Source: Selaginella moellendorffii
Taxonomy: Eukaryota; Plantae; Lycopodiophyta
Direction of reading: 5' to 3'
DNA length: 64,000 nucleotides
NCBI RefSeq assembly: GCF_000143415.4
Contig: NW_003314359.1
Span: 467,477-531,476 of the forward strand
The notes under the pieces: model-generated
Database searches by the model: none
Told to the model about the DNA's origin: nothing
Seen by the model: the letters and a program-made list of their open reading frames with translations, nothing else
Made by a program: the position numbers and the translations under genes
Shown: piece after piece, positions 23,501 to 34,712 of the stretch
Numbering within the stretch: position 1 is the stretch's first letter
Layout of the letters: each line of letters starts with the position of its first letter

Positions 23501-24299
23501 GAAGTAATTCAAATGATTTTAGATGGAAAATTGAGGTAAAAAAGGGAAGATATAAACATTAAAGGAGATTATCATTTTTATTGTGAGAATAAATGTTATC
23601 ATACCTATCTCTAATGCAAAAAAGAATAGAAGGATATAAAAACATTTAGAAGTGGTACCCAAGCGGGCAATCTAATTATTAAAACATGATAAACTCATTG
23701 CTTGGAAATGATATCTTGAATTTCTGAAGGAAATTTACAATAAAATGAATTAACATGTTTTAAAGAATGAAATTATAGTGGCTTTGTTTTTATAACATAT
23801 ATGATTTTCACCCCAAGTGGAACCTAACCGTTAAATATGTGTGTTAAATAAAATGTATATTTAAGGGCTTTGGGCCATTAAATAAAGGAATGGCGTTGAC
23901 ATATTGTTAAAAAATGAAGGAGTTAAAGCATTAAATAACTCCTAAACATATAACCAAAGATTGAAAGAATAAAAGTATGAAAAATTCTTGAACATATAAC
24001 CATAGAGCAAAGGAGTATAAACATAGAGTAACATTAAAACAGTCCTAAAACATACCAAAACTAACATACACAATAGAATTAAATAGAGTTTAGTATTATT
24101 TCAATATAGTGGTGACATTCTCCTACGTTCATCAGTTGCTTTGGTGAGATCAATCAACCCATCAAAGCACACATGACAAGTTTTTTTTTCTCTTTGCAGC
24201 TCATCCTCTTCCAAGTTCTTCTCTTTAGCACCATTGTTTGTGCGATTGTCTGGTAAGAGTTTTTTAATTTTTGCCTTGGATTTCCGTTTGCTCATCTCG

Positions 24300-25043
24300 T
24301 GTCAGGCTTGGCAAACGCTCATCCGAGGACTTCTCTGTGTTCCTTAGGTAAGTCTGTGAATGTTAGTTATAGGACTGAAAGGATCGTCCATGCCAGGAGC
24401 TTCTGCCATTGCATTCTTCACCATAACACTGGGTGCACCGTTTGGAATCGAGTCAGTGAAGTTAAAAGAATGAAAAACAGCATTTTTCATTTGCTGGCAG
24501 GTTTTTCTGGCCGACCTTCACTTTGGAGCGTTTCCATGTCAACTTTGATGGTCTCTCGGTTTTTTTTTTGTTTGATTCCCCTAGTTCTTATCCCGCTCTT
24601 GCAACGCAGGTCACTCCCGCTGGAATGGTTCTAGGCCCTTCATGGCGACGCTGGCAACAAGTTTTCGCATTCACGAGGTTCAAGCTTCATCGAATACTTT
24701 TCTCTTCTCAGCTTCTCAAGTAGTAAAGTTTGCTCTCGACTTTGCAGGCCAAGCGGTTCTCTGGAGCTGCTAGTTTGCGTGCCTGCTCATGGTGCTGCTG
24801 TGGGAGCCTGGATCGGTGCCTGGCCAATGCCCCTGGACTGGGAACGCGAATGGCAGGTCAGATACATCCGCTCCTTTTCCACTCTAGTTTTCTACCCTCG
24901 CTCCTTTTCCACTCTAGTTTTCTACCCTCGCTCCTTTTCCGCAATGGCCAATCTCATGTACTTATGGAGCAACCGGTGGCTACTTGCTGGGATCTCTCTT
25001 GACATTCATCCTGTTCGTGCACAAGAGCGGGAAAAAGGACTAA
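24300..25043 (+). pseudogene. PIG-F (GPI11) pseudogene, 5'-truncated, introns retained
   Basis: PAHGAAVGAWIGAWPMPLDWEREWQ, then QWPISCTYGA..GKKD-stop; frame lesions near 24345 and 24520; last acceptor AG missing. Confidence 0.82.
24871..24940. repeat. 30-bp tandem duplication (about 2.3 copies) in the last PIG-F intron
   Basis: Unit ctccttttccactctagttttctaccctcg. Confidence 0.9.
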
Positions 25044-25954
25044 AGCAAATCGAAAGAGTCACAAACCAGAGAAAGGTTTGATCTATCTACTGCGTGATTT
25101 TGTTCATGTAATTTCTTAGATCACCTCTTCCAGAACAAGGAGGATCTGGAACTATTTCACGTGTGTGTGAGTCGGCAACAATTCGCTCCAACAGTCCCAA
25201 TGACCAAAGCATGAACTTGGCTGAAAGAAAAAAAAAGAGGACAAAAAAGAAACTAACAGTACCGCCAGGAATAACCCGTGACGAGTGGAAGCACACACTT
25301 TCGGATGATTCCAAGGCTTACATCACACTGCATGGATCAGACTACAAGCCAAAACCAACCAAAAGGCTAGCTCCAAAGACCAACATGACAAAAAAAAAAA
25401 GGGCCCACTCGCAAAGTCACAGGTTAAAATCAACAATTATTTGAAACCTTGCATTCTTCCAAACAGGGGTCCCCATTGACGCTTCAAAATCTTCCATTCT
25501 CTCCACACCCTAGAAGTCCTCAAATATCTCTCTCCCACACACCAACTGGATGGACTTGGTTTTTTGCCGATTTCTCCCCTTGCAAGCTTTTCTCTGTGTG
25601 TGCGTCCAAAGAGCCCATTGACTTCTCTCCAGCTGCTCTTTCTTCTGTTCTTCTCTGACCCCTCCGTGTAAGAACCCCCGTGGCTTGTTGGCTGGCGGCC
25701 TCCAAATCCAAGTTGGTGAAGCCTCGCGAACATCACAAGCTTTTCCTCTGGCCTTCTCCAACGACCGAGTAAATGCGCGTCGCCCCCCAAGCTCAAGATC
25801 ATCCACCCAGCCTCTCGTGGACTCCAGGAGAGTTTTAGCGTGATCGCCGATGATCAACCAAGCTCCATATTATATCACCCTGGAAGCGGTCGTGCGTTGT
25901 CCGCGTGGTGGTGTAGCGCGTAAGTGACCGCGTCACTCGCTCTCCGGGGGCTTA

Positions 25955-27559
25955 CTACAAGCACACCGGGCAGCGGATGAGCCCGTTCTCGTTGCAGTAC
26001 GAGCAGCGGACCACCACGCCCGAGCCCGAGAAGTCGCCGACGCCGCCGCCAAACACCACCACCTTGCAGCTGCCGCTACACTCGAGGCACGGCACGAACC
26101 TCACGCCGCCGCACCCCTCGCACGCCGCCACCGAGCTCTGCCGCGGGAGCCCCTCCACCAGCCGCCCAATCAGCCCGTCCTCGTTCATCTGGCTCACCTC
26201 CTCCACGCCTCCCACGTATCGGCCCCCGATAAACAGCCTAGGAACCGGCATTGGCGGCGCCGGGGAGCCCTTGGCGGCGGCGTTCTTGCGCTCCGCCACC
26301 TCCACGAGCAGCTCCTTGAGCTCCTGCCGAAACTCCGCGTGCATGGACACGTCCCGCTCGTCGATGGCCACCCCGAACCCCTGGAGGATCATGCGCACCT
26401 TGCCGCAGTCCTCGAACGTTTTCCTGATGCCCCGCAGGCTCGTCACGTACAACACGGCTCTCCTCTCCCCGCGAGGCGGGCACACGGCAGCCAGGCCGTC
26501 GAGCAGCGTCTTCTCCTCCACCTGGTCGATCGCCAAGACTTTGCTCGACATCATCTTCTTTGAGACCACCGGCGGCGCCACCTTTTGGATCGAGCGCTGC
26601 TGCTGCTCGCCTTGCCCCTCCTCCGGCTGCTGGAACGTCTTGAGCACCTCCGGGTCGAACAGGGACGACGATTCCTCCGAGTCGCCACACGAGGACGAGG
26701 CGTCGTATGAGCTCGAAGAGGACGAGGACGACGAACTGGTTGACGCCACTGTGGCGATTGAAGTGCTCTGTGCTCTCAGCTCCTCCAATGTAGCCCCGTA
26801 GAACAAGCCCTTCATGGACTTCGTGCTGTCGATGATCCCCCTGGCCGGGCTCGACTTGACCGAATTGCTCTGGAAATCCTCGCGGCTCTTCCTGTAGCGA
26901 AAAAAGACCTGTTCCTCCTCGTCGGCCACCCCGCGGCTGATCGAGTTGAGCGCGTCCAAAGCCCGCAGCTTCTTCTCGAAATTCGGCAGCGCCAGTGCCA
27001 CGCTCCTGATCTTCACGTCCAGCTCGCGCATCGAGTCCACTGAAGAGATTGATCGGCTGAGCGCCCTGCTCCTCATCGCCCTGCGCTTGCTTACCATGCT
27101 CTTGTGCCGGGAGCCAGCGGAGCTGTCCTCCTCGACATTCTCGGTCTCGTCCGTGAGGTCCTTCATCAACTCCCAGAGATCGATCACCTCGGCCTCGGGG
27201 ACGCTGGGCAGCGCCGCCGGTTTAGAGAGGTCGAGTGGAGCCGGCGGAGAAGCCTCGATCCTCCCCTCTAAATCCTTGGCGCCCGCTGCCAAGGGAGCTG
27301 CCATGGCTGCTTCTTCTTCCTTCTCCCCATTCTCGATGCTGGCGTATCCAATTCCATCCTCGTCAACATCGGGGATCTTGAGCGCGCCATAGGTGCTCGA
27401 CGTGAGCGCGACCGAGTGGAACCGGAGGGGCTGGGGAAGAGACTTTTGCTGCTGACGAAGGGGCATCGACAGGCTGCGCACAAAGCTCCGGGAAATCGGT
27501 GGATTCCATCCATCCCTCCGCGCCTGCATTTCCAAGCTCTTGGACGACGAGCAGCCCAT
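25955..27559 (-). CDS. Glutaredoxin-domain protein (At5g39865/GRXCR-like), intronless
   Basis: MGCSSSK N-terminus (acylation-type), YVTSLRGIRKTFEDC, ERDVSMH, PRLFIGGRYVGG, CxxC zinc tail ending CNENGLIRCPVC. Confidence 0.93.
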   Translation of the reverse strand: MGCSSSKSLEMQARRDGWNPPISRSFVRSLSMPLRQQQKSLPQPLRFHSVALTSSTYGALKIPDVDEDGIGYASIENGEKEEEAAMAAPLAAGAKDLEGRIEASPPAPLDLSKPAALPSVPEAEVIDLWELMKDLTDETENVEEDSSAGSRHKSMVSKRRAMRSRALSRSISSVDSMRELDVKIRSVALALPNFEKKLRALDALNSISRGVADEEEQVFFRYRKSREDFQSNSVKSSPARGIIDSTKSMKGLFYGATLEELRAQSTSIATVASTSSSSSSSSSSYDASSSCGDSEESSSLFDPEVLKTFQQPEEGQGEQQQRSIQKVAPPVVSKKMMSSKVLAIDQVEEKTLLDGLAAVCPPRGERRAVLYVTSLRGIRKTFEDCGKVRMILQGFGVAIDERDVSMHAEFRQELKELLVEVAERKNAAAKGSPAPPMPVPRLFIGGRYVGGVEEVSQMNEDGLIGRLVEGLPRQSSVAACEGCGGVRFVPCLECSGSCKVVVFGGGVGDFSGSGVVVRCSYCNENGLIRCPVCL

Positions 27560-29049
27560 GGCCGATCACTGCGAAGCTGTGATTTCCTGTCTAGGATCAA
27601 CCCCGCTGCTGTGAAATTCGGCCCCGGACCCTACCGCGCGCATGCATTGATCGATCGCTGCTCGGATTTGGGGCGGATTTCCCCAGCTGCGCGGAGCGGC
27701 CGAAGCATTGCGGGCTGTTTTGTCCCAAGATCAAGAAAAACCCGGCCCTAGCAGCGATCCAAGACGGAGTAACTCCGCGAAATCCAGAGGCCAGAGGCGA
27801 GAAAGATTGGAAGAGGGAACAAACCAGCTCCAAAATATTTGGGGGATTTCCCTCTCGCGCGATGCCGGCGATGGAAGATCAAACCATCAATGAAGAGCGA
27901 GTGAAGAGATCGTTTATCCGCCCCGGTCCTCCTCCCGCATCGTTGTGCGCATTGAATTCCTTTCCTCTCCACGACGAAACGAGCGAAACCAAAACGAGCA
28001 AATACGCTACAAATGAATCTCTCCTCTTATAACTGGAGCCCCCAGAATGAATGAGCCACCCCTTTCAAACCAGTCCCCTCGCCATGCAAGCCCATGGCTA
28101 TAGCTTCCCATTCCCCAACGCATGGGACAGTGGCGGGAGTGGAAAGCTTTAGCCTGGGAGCTCAAAAGCCCTGGACAAACTTAGCGTAGCTACCTCTGGC
28201 GAGACCTCGGACAAATGCCACAGCTCTATACTTGCCAAAGTTCCTTTGGTAAAGTCTCGGGATTCTAGTCCTGTTGCGCTAAATGTAGCGGTCCGCTATC
28301 TCTCTCGTTGGTCACATACGACGGCGCAGCAGCGTGTATCCTCGCGTGAAGGGTTGAATGGTTGAATATACCGGGTCATACGCCTTGGACTTTCTTGGAT
28401 TCTAGTGATCGGCGGTTCGATTCCTGGGAAGCTCACAACGCGTAACAGAGTGTTTTAAGCTTGTGTGTAAAGTGCGAGCTTCTGGCTGGCACTAGTGAAG
28501 TACAACTGGATTCGAATGGGTGAATATCCCATTTCCAGATTCCAGTACTTTGCCTTGTTTGTTGGATCACGCATCACAGCTTTCGGGACCATGGTTTGAT
28601 TTTTTCGTCCGTTGGAAAGATAGAAATTCTTGTCTAGCTCCGTGGGGTGTGTTTGTTTTCAATCATGAAGGATTCCTTGGAGCACTTAAAAACTTGTCAA
28701 AGTTCTTTGAGCCTTGGATTCCAGAATTTTCTTATCAAAGGCTTAGCTCGAGGAGGTCTGTAGCAGCAATCCAGATATCCAAATCCAACAGTAAAAGCTC
28801 ACACAGATCTACGCAAGCCTTGCCGGTAAAAAGCGAGACCATGAAAGCGATAGAACGACCACCAGATTTTCAGATTTTCTGCGTGTCGGAGAGAACCAAC
28901 CATCCTTGCGTAAACTCATCTGATTAAACTTATAAACACCCTTTAGTGTACAAACAGCCCAAAACCAAGAACAAAAAACACAGAGCAAGACGACTACAAA
29001 GAATCCCATCACACATACCTCCCTCCCTAAACAATTTTGTTCACACCCT

Positions 29050-30766
29050 TCACTCGTGAATTATCATGTTTAGCCTGCGCAGCCACACCGAATGAAGTAT
29101 CATGTTGAAAACATCGTACCTCTCAGGAGGCTGGTTGAACCGAAAATGCCTCCTGACTTTGGAAGCTCTCGCCTGCATTTCAAGATACCTGGCCGTGGGA
29201 ATCGCCTGGAGGATCGTCTTGAGCCGCGGTATGTCCCTCTCCAGCACCTTGACGGAGAAGGCGTCCCAGTCCAAGACATCGCTGAACGGAAGAACGAAGT
29301 CGTCCGCTATCACCACCGGAACACAGTCGTTGTAAATGGCCTCGACAATGCGAGGACTGTTCACCTCGTAGCCCCCCGGACACAGGCAGTACTTGCTGTG
29401 GCTCATGTAGTCGAGGTATGCGTCTCGAGATGGCAGCTTCTCAAAAACCCGGACGTCCTCGTCCTTCTCCTTCCAGTACTTGAAGAGAACTGGCCTGACG
29501 GGGCCGTGGTCGCCACCAGCGAAAAATGCCAAGTACCTGCGCTCCTCCGGCGGTGGCCCCCCAAGCACGCTTGGAACTTGGCCGCCGACGAGGTGGATTT
29601 CCGGAAGGCTTGCGTCCTTGCTCGGCACGTAGCCTTCGGACGTGTTTGCGTTGCACAGCACACGGATCGAGTTCGCCATCAAGTCCGGATGTGCTCTGGA
29701 GATATGAGGTCCCTGAAAGAAGATAAGAGAAAGAGACCGTGAAAAGAACAAGAAACACGTATCTTTGGACGATGAAAGCTTACCCAGTCGTGGCAGGAAA
29801 CCATAAAATGATCGGCACCCCTGCTTCGATTCCAGGAAGAGTATCTGTGGCTTATCACGTCGATGTAGTCCCTTGTAAAACGCCCCAGTGGTCCCATGTC
29901 GTGCGATCCGGGCGTGTAAAGATAAGTCACCATCATGGCCACGCTGAAGGGGAGAAAAAACAAGTGCGCCTTCTCAGGATCGGAGGTCAGGTAGCTGTTC
30001 TTCCCTTGAAGCTCTTGAATGAATCGCCCTTCGATGGCATAGATCTCCTTACACGGCCCGTTGTGCACCAGGGGTTCTTCTCCTTCCGGGTACGCAAACA
30101 CCTTCAGACGTTTCTCCATTTCTCTATAGCTTCTGCAAAATCCAGAGTTTGAAACCGAGCACAAAATTGCATTTTTTTTTCTGTTTTGTTCTCACTGTTG
30201 GAAAATCGTAGCGTTGAGGTATACATCAGGCGAAAGATCGTCCTTTTCTTGAAGTCCGTGGATCACTGCGTTTCTTATTGCGGCTCGAGCATGGCTCATG
30301 CCGGCTTCAAGCTTTTGCAAACTAGTAAGCTCCGCATCTGGTTTCTACAAATCACAATACAGCACTTAACAATTCAACTTCAAAACGAAAAGCAAAAGCA
30401 TACCTTTGGAGCTTCTCGTCGCACCGGAGAGTAGCTAGCCGGCGCTGGTCGAGAGTTTTTAGTCTCAGGAAGAACTTTGTTCTCTTCTTCAACGTCAGGT
30501 GGTGATGGCTCTTTCGCTAAAGTTCTCTGCCATTCCTTGGTCGCCGCGGCAATGGCCGCCTCTGCCTCCTCGGGGCTTACAATCCTCGCGTGGTGCCTGG
30601 AATCATTGACGCCCGTGAGCGAGCTAGCGAACTTAGAGTAAGCCCAGGGAACTGATAAAAGTCTCCATGTGTACGAATCGAGGACGACGAAGACGGAGAC
30701 GAGGAGCAGCGCAATCACAATGGCGGAGCGAACGTTGCAGAAGGCACTGCTCGTCAGTGCTCTCAT
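29050..30766 (-). CDS. Exostosin family (GT47) glycosyltransferase, At5g03795-like
   Basis: N-terminal TM; HNGPCKEIYAIEGRF, GADHFMVSCHDW, CNANTSEG, SKYCLCPGGYEVNSPR, HSVWLRRLN. Confidence 0.93.
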
Positions 30767-31467
30767 TGCTATGTATCAGCCTTTGGCTTGGAACTTTGTA
30801 TCCATCAAAGATTAATTTACCTGACAAAAGCGAGATAGATTCGTTACTGGAAAAAATCTAAGATGATCAACACAGATACATGGATTTCGCAACAAAAACC
30901 AGATAGATTCGTTACTTCTGAAGCATTCTCTAGCGCTGAATCTAACTCGGGGAAGGTAGAGAGAAAATGCAAAGCAGGAAGAGATTTTGGTCATCGAAAT
31001 ATCTTGAGATTCGCTCGAAATCAGTCACGACACAGCATTTGGACGATCGATCGAATGAGAGAACTTACACGAGGATCCAGCAGATCTGAGATCGACGCCT
31101 AGAATGCTGGGCGCCACCTCCTCGCCTTCCTCCTCCTCCTCAATGCTCCTGCCATGGGACGCAAAACAATAATCCCGTGAGACCTAGGTAATGAGCTCTC
31201 TCGCTCTCGTGGATGTCTATCTTGGCAATAACACGAGTCACCCAGGGGTCGAACCCGCGACCACTGCTTTGATTTGCACAGCAAGCTATGGATCTCAGTT
31301 AACTCCAACGCAAGCAAAAGAGCTCAAACTTTCAAACTCAAAATGTCAAAGACTCGAATGATACAAAATTCTCCCCGTGATTTGGTGCTTCCCCTCTCAA
31401 TTTTTTTTTCTCTCTCTCTCTCTCTTTCTTTCTTCTTGAAGATGATCGATCGGGACGAATGGATGAA

Positions 31468-31913
31468 TCAACGCTGCATCTTGCGCAGTATGAGAACGCT
31501 TGCCTCCATGAACCTCTGGGCGCAATTGGTGAGACAATTGGTTTCGCTGGAACTAAACTTCCCGGATGGAGTTCCAGTGATGCATTTCTCCCAGCACACA
31601 TCGGTGAGCTTCCCCACGAGCTCGTTCACCATCGCCTTCTGCTTCTCTTGCTGGGAAAGAAGAAAAAAAATTTCATAGAATCAAAACTCAAGGACTAAAG
31701 AAACCAGTGTGTGCCAAGCAATGGAACAGGCAGAGAAAAGATTAAGAGAAAAGAAATCTTTGGAGTCGCAGCTAAGCAAGGCTCTCGACCAAATGAAAAA
31801 CTATCAAAACCCTTGCGCGAAGATCAATCGATGCCACGAAAAAATGCAATGCGCTGCGCGATACGTACCTCGAGGAAGTTTTGGAGCTCGGGAGACATCG
31901 AGTGCTCCTCCAT
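31468..31913 (-). CDS. TIM8: Mitochondrial small Tim chaperone Tim8 (2 exons)
   Basis: MEEHSMSPELQNFLE|QEKQKAMVNELVGKLTDVCWEKC..CLTNCAQRFME; twin CX3C motif. Confidence 0.93.
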
Positions 31914-32014
31914 CGCTAGGCGCAAGGCGAATCGACGAAGGAGAGGAACCAAATACCCTAAAACCCTATAAACCCTAATGTCCCCAGGAATATTATTTCA
32001 TTCCTCGAGAGGCC

Positions 32015-32919
32015 ATGTCGCTCCTGCTTGGAGGCGCCAAGCTCATCACAATCGATTTCTCCAGGCCCTCCATCCAGGTTTCCGACAGCGCCAGGAGAAA
32101 TGCCCCTGCGGCAACGATCTGCAGTGCTGAATCCGCCTCCGCAAGGCGCTCCGGTTTGCCGATGGCGATGGCGAAGCTCGCCATGGTTCCTCTCTCGGTG
32201 CTCGCAGTGAGCGCTTCTTGCCCGGATTTAGGTGCGTTTTCTTACAATTCTTCGCATTCTCCTAAGGATCTTGCTTGCTCATCGCGAAATAATTGCAGCA
32301 CAAGCTGGAATCCTCTCTGGATATCGCGGCTGGGACTTCCAGCTCCCCCAAATTTCGGTCCCAGATTCGCTCAAAGAGAATTCAGGTCTTACATTTTGCT
32401 CTTATCTCCCCCTTGATTCTTGTTTCTCTTTCTCTTGTTTTCTCCCTTCCATCGCCAGAGAAACAGAGAAAGAAGTACGAAGAATTCGACTCAAACATGA
32501 AGAATTCCCCGCTGATCAAGGAGCTGCTCAAGCGATCGAAGGACAACGCTGCCAAGTAAGTCCTCTTCTTAGTTCATACGTCTTTGCGAACTTCGGAAAA
32601 CCTTTCCAGGCGCAAGCAAGAGATTGAAGACAAGTACTGCGAGCGCCAAGCCGAGTGGGGAGTGGGCGACTGCTCGCTCGAGTATTCCACTCCAGAGGAG
32701 AAGGAAAAGTTCCTGGAGCTCATGAAGAAGAGGCGGGCCGAGACCGAGAAACTGGGCGACGCGGTGGCGCAAGAAAACAAAGAGGAGGAATCAACCCAAC
32801 CAACAGCAGGCACTCCTCTCGCTCAAGAAAACCAAGAAGGAACAACGCAACCAACGACGAACGCGTCGGTCGCGCAACAAGAGAACGACGAGGGAACAAT
32901 GCAAACAACAATGGACTAA
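32015..32919 (+). CDS. Plastid/thylakoid protein, At1g49975-like (PsaN-related)
   Basis: Transit-peptide-like N-terminus; SPLIKELLKRSK..EIEDKYCERQAEWGVGDCS. Confidence 0.75.
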
Positions 32920-33019
32920 GCGAGAAAGATCTCATGAAATTCCAAGTCAAAACAAGCCCTAAACAGTCACAACTGTCAAGTTAGGGCTCTGGATTGGGCT
33001 GCCACGTGGAATTAAACCT

Positions 33020-33066
33020 ATCCCACATGCCGGAGCGTGGAATGAGGCCACTAAAACAGTATATAA
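33020..33066 (+). promoter_or_regulatory. Plant snRNA promoter (USE plus TATA) of the second U1
   Basis: ATCCCACATGC at 33020-33030 and TATATAA at 33060-33066. Confidence 0.87.
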
Positions 33067-33089
33067 CCTAGGGCCTGGGGAAGAGTCCC

Positions 33090-33251
33090 ATACTTACCTG
33101 GACGGGGTCTATTGGTGATCATGAAGGCCAATGGCCTAGGTTTGGCTTTCCCATTGCACTTCGGCTTGGCCAGCCTACCATCTTCCCAAAGTGGAGGAGT
33201 GGACGTCGTAATTTGTGGAAGTTGAGGGCTCGCGTACGCGCGGCCCTCTCC
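33090..33251 (+). ncRNA. U1: U1 spliceosomal snRNA
   Basis: ATACTTACCTGGACGGGGTC, loop I GATCATGAAG, ATTGCAC, Sm site AATTTGTGG, 3' hairpin. Confidence 0.98.
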
Positions 33252-33364
33252 AAATATTAAAGCACTAAGTTGATTGAATTAAAACTATAGTTACGTTCGT
33301 GTAACTATTTCGTATAGAAAACAAATATATTATCAGATAAGTTCGTGACATAGTAACAAATACC

Positions 33365-34249
33365 TTAGTAGCGAGCGCTTTGCATCCTCGTTACTGCTAC
33401 CACGGCTGGGAATCCAGCCTGCTGGAGCAAGGGATCGACGTCTTTCACACCGACGTGATTGAAAGCCAAAGGGGCTCCATCGCCAGCTCCTTGGATCCGG
33501 ACATTGGGACCTTGTCCACACATCCCCATACACTTACACGAAGTTGCCGAAGACAGTGAAGGCGAGGAAGAAGAAGAGATCTTTGCTTGGAACGCGGCTA
33601 AAACTTGCTGAGAGCCGGCCTTTCGACACTTCCCACCCGTGCAAACCTCCACTCTCGCACAAACCGGCGGCGCTAGAACGCATTTCCCCCCATTCACTTG
33701 TTCCAGAGCGGCTTCGCTGGCCACAGCATCGATGATGGATCTTGGAGAGGCCGCTGCTCGCAGCTCCTCCCGGAGCAAGCTCATGTCGAATCGGCTGCTA
33801 CCGCACTCGCCACCTGACGAATCCGAAGACTCCGAGCTCGAAGACGACGATTCCTTCTTCCTCTTCTTCATCGCCGGCCCCGCCGCCATCGCTGACTGCT
33901 TCTTCTCCTTTTCCTTCTTGCATTTGAGCTCTTTCTTCTTAGCCTTGGCCTTGAGCTGGAGCTCCTCGAGCTGCCGGATCACCTCCTGGACGGACTCGTC
34001 GTCCACTGTTGCCATCTCAAACTTACCGGCGGAGCCGCGCGGGCTGGAGGTCGCCGAGCGCCGCTGCTTCCTCGGCCGCGCGTAGAACACGACATGGCTT
34101 TGATCCGCGAACCGTGCGTTGCGGCAAGCTGCGAGGCACGATCTTCCGCGCCCTAGCAACGATTGGCGCCCCACTGCTGCTGGGTGCGACCCATTCCCGC
34201 GGCCGAGAGACAGAAACCCTGCAATCCTGTGCACTGCTGTCGAATCCAT
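33365..34249 (-). CDS. DGAT3: DGAT3-like protein with thioredoxin-like [2Fe-2S] domain
   Basis: Lys-rich and poly-Ser segments; VEVCTGGKCRKAGS and CKCMGMCGQGPNVRI. Confidence 0.85.
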   Translation of the reverse strand: MDSTAVHRIAGFLSLGRGNGSHPAAVGRQSLLGRGRSCLAACRNARFADQSHVVFYARPRKQRRSATSSPRGSAGKFEMATVDDESVQEVIRQLEELQLKAKAKKKELKCKKEKEKKQSAMAAGPAMKKRKKESSSSSSESSDSSGGECGSSRFDMSLLREELRAAASPRSIIDAVASEAALEQVNGGKCVLAPPVCARVEVCTGGKCRKAGSQQVLAAFQAKISSSSSPSLSSATSCKCMGMCGQGPNVRIQGAGDGAPLAFNHVGVKDVDPLLQQAGFPAVVAVTRMQSARY

Positions 34250-34712
34250 CGCTCTCTCCTTGCCCCAGGAACCCTAAAATGGGGTACGGCAAAACGAAGA
34301 AACCACGTGTCAGCAATTCAAGGAATATGCTTGGAGCTGTAAAAACCCTTCTATGACGCAAGCCCTAGGGAGCTTCCCGGGTAGTTGCTAAGATTTCAAA
34401 CATGGCGCATCGTGGCCGCCCAATGCAGGATATCGACGGTCCCATTCGCGCCAGCGGGGTGTCGTCCTCCTCTCGGGAGGCCAGGAATGACCATGGTTCC
34501 ATTGTGGCAGCGCTCGCCCATTTTCTAGGGTTACACAGAATGTGATGGTGGCGGGAGAGACTTTCTGGTGTTTTGGAGCAAGGGGAATCGATCCAGGAGG
34601 TATGGTTATGGCGGTTCCTCCTCTGAGCTACAAGAAAAGATGGACGAGAGCCATCTCTGGCGATGGATGCGCTTGAGGAGAAGCTGTGGCGGCGATTTAG
34701 CTTGTTTTTGCA

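Noticed and set aside
28340-28435. tRNA or SINE-like B-box GGTTCGATTCC
   Set aside because: No cloverleaf, convincing A-box or terminator
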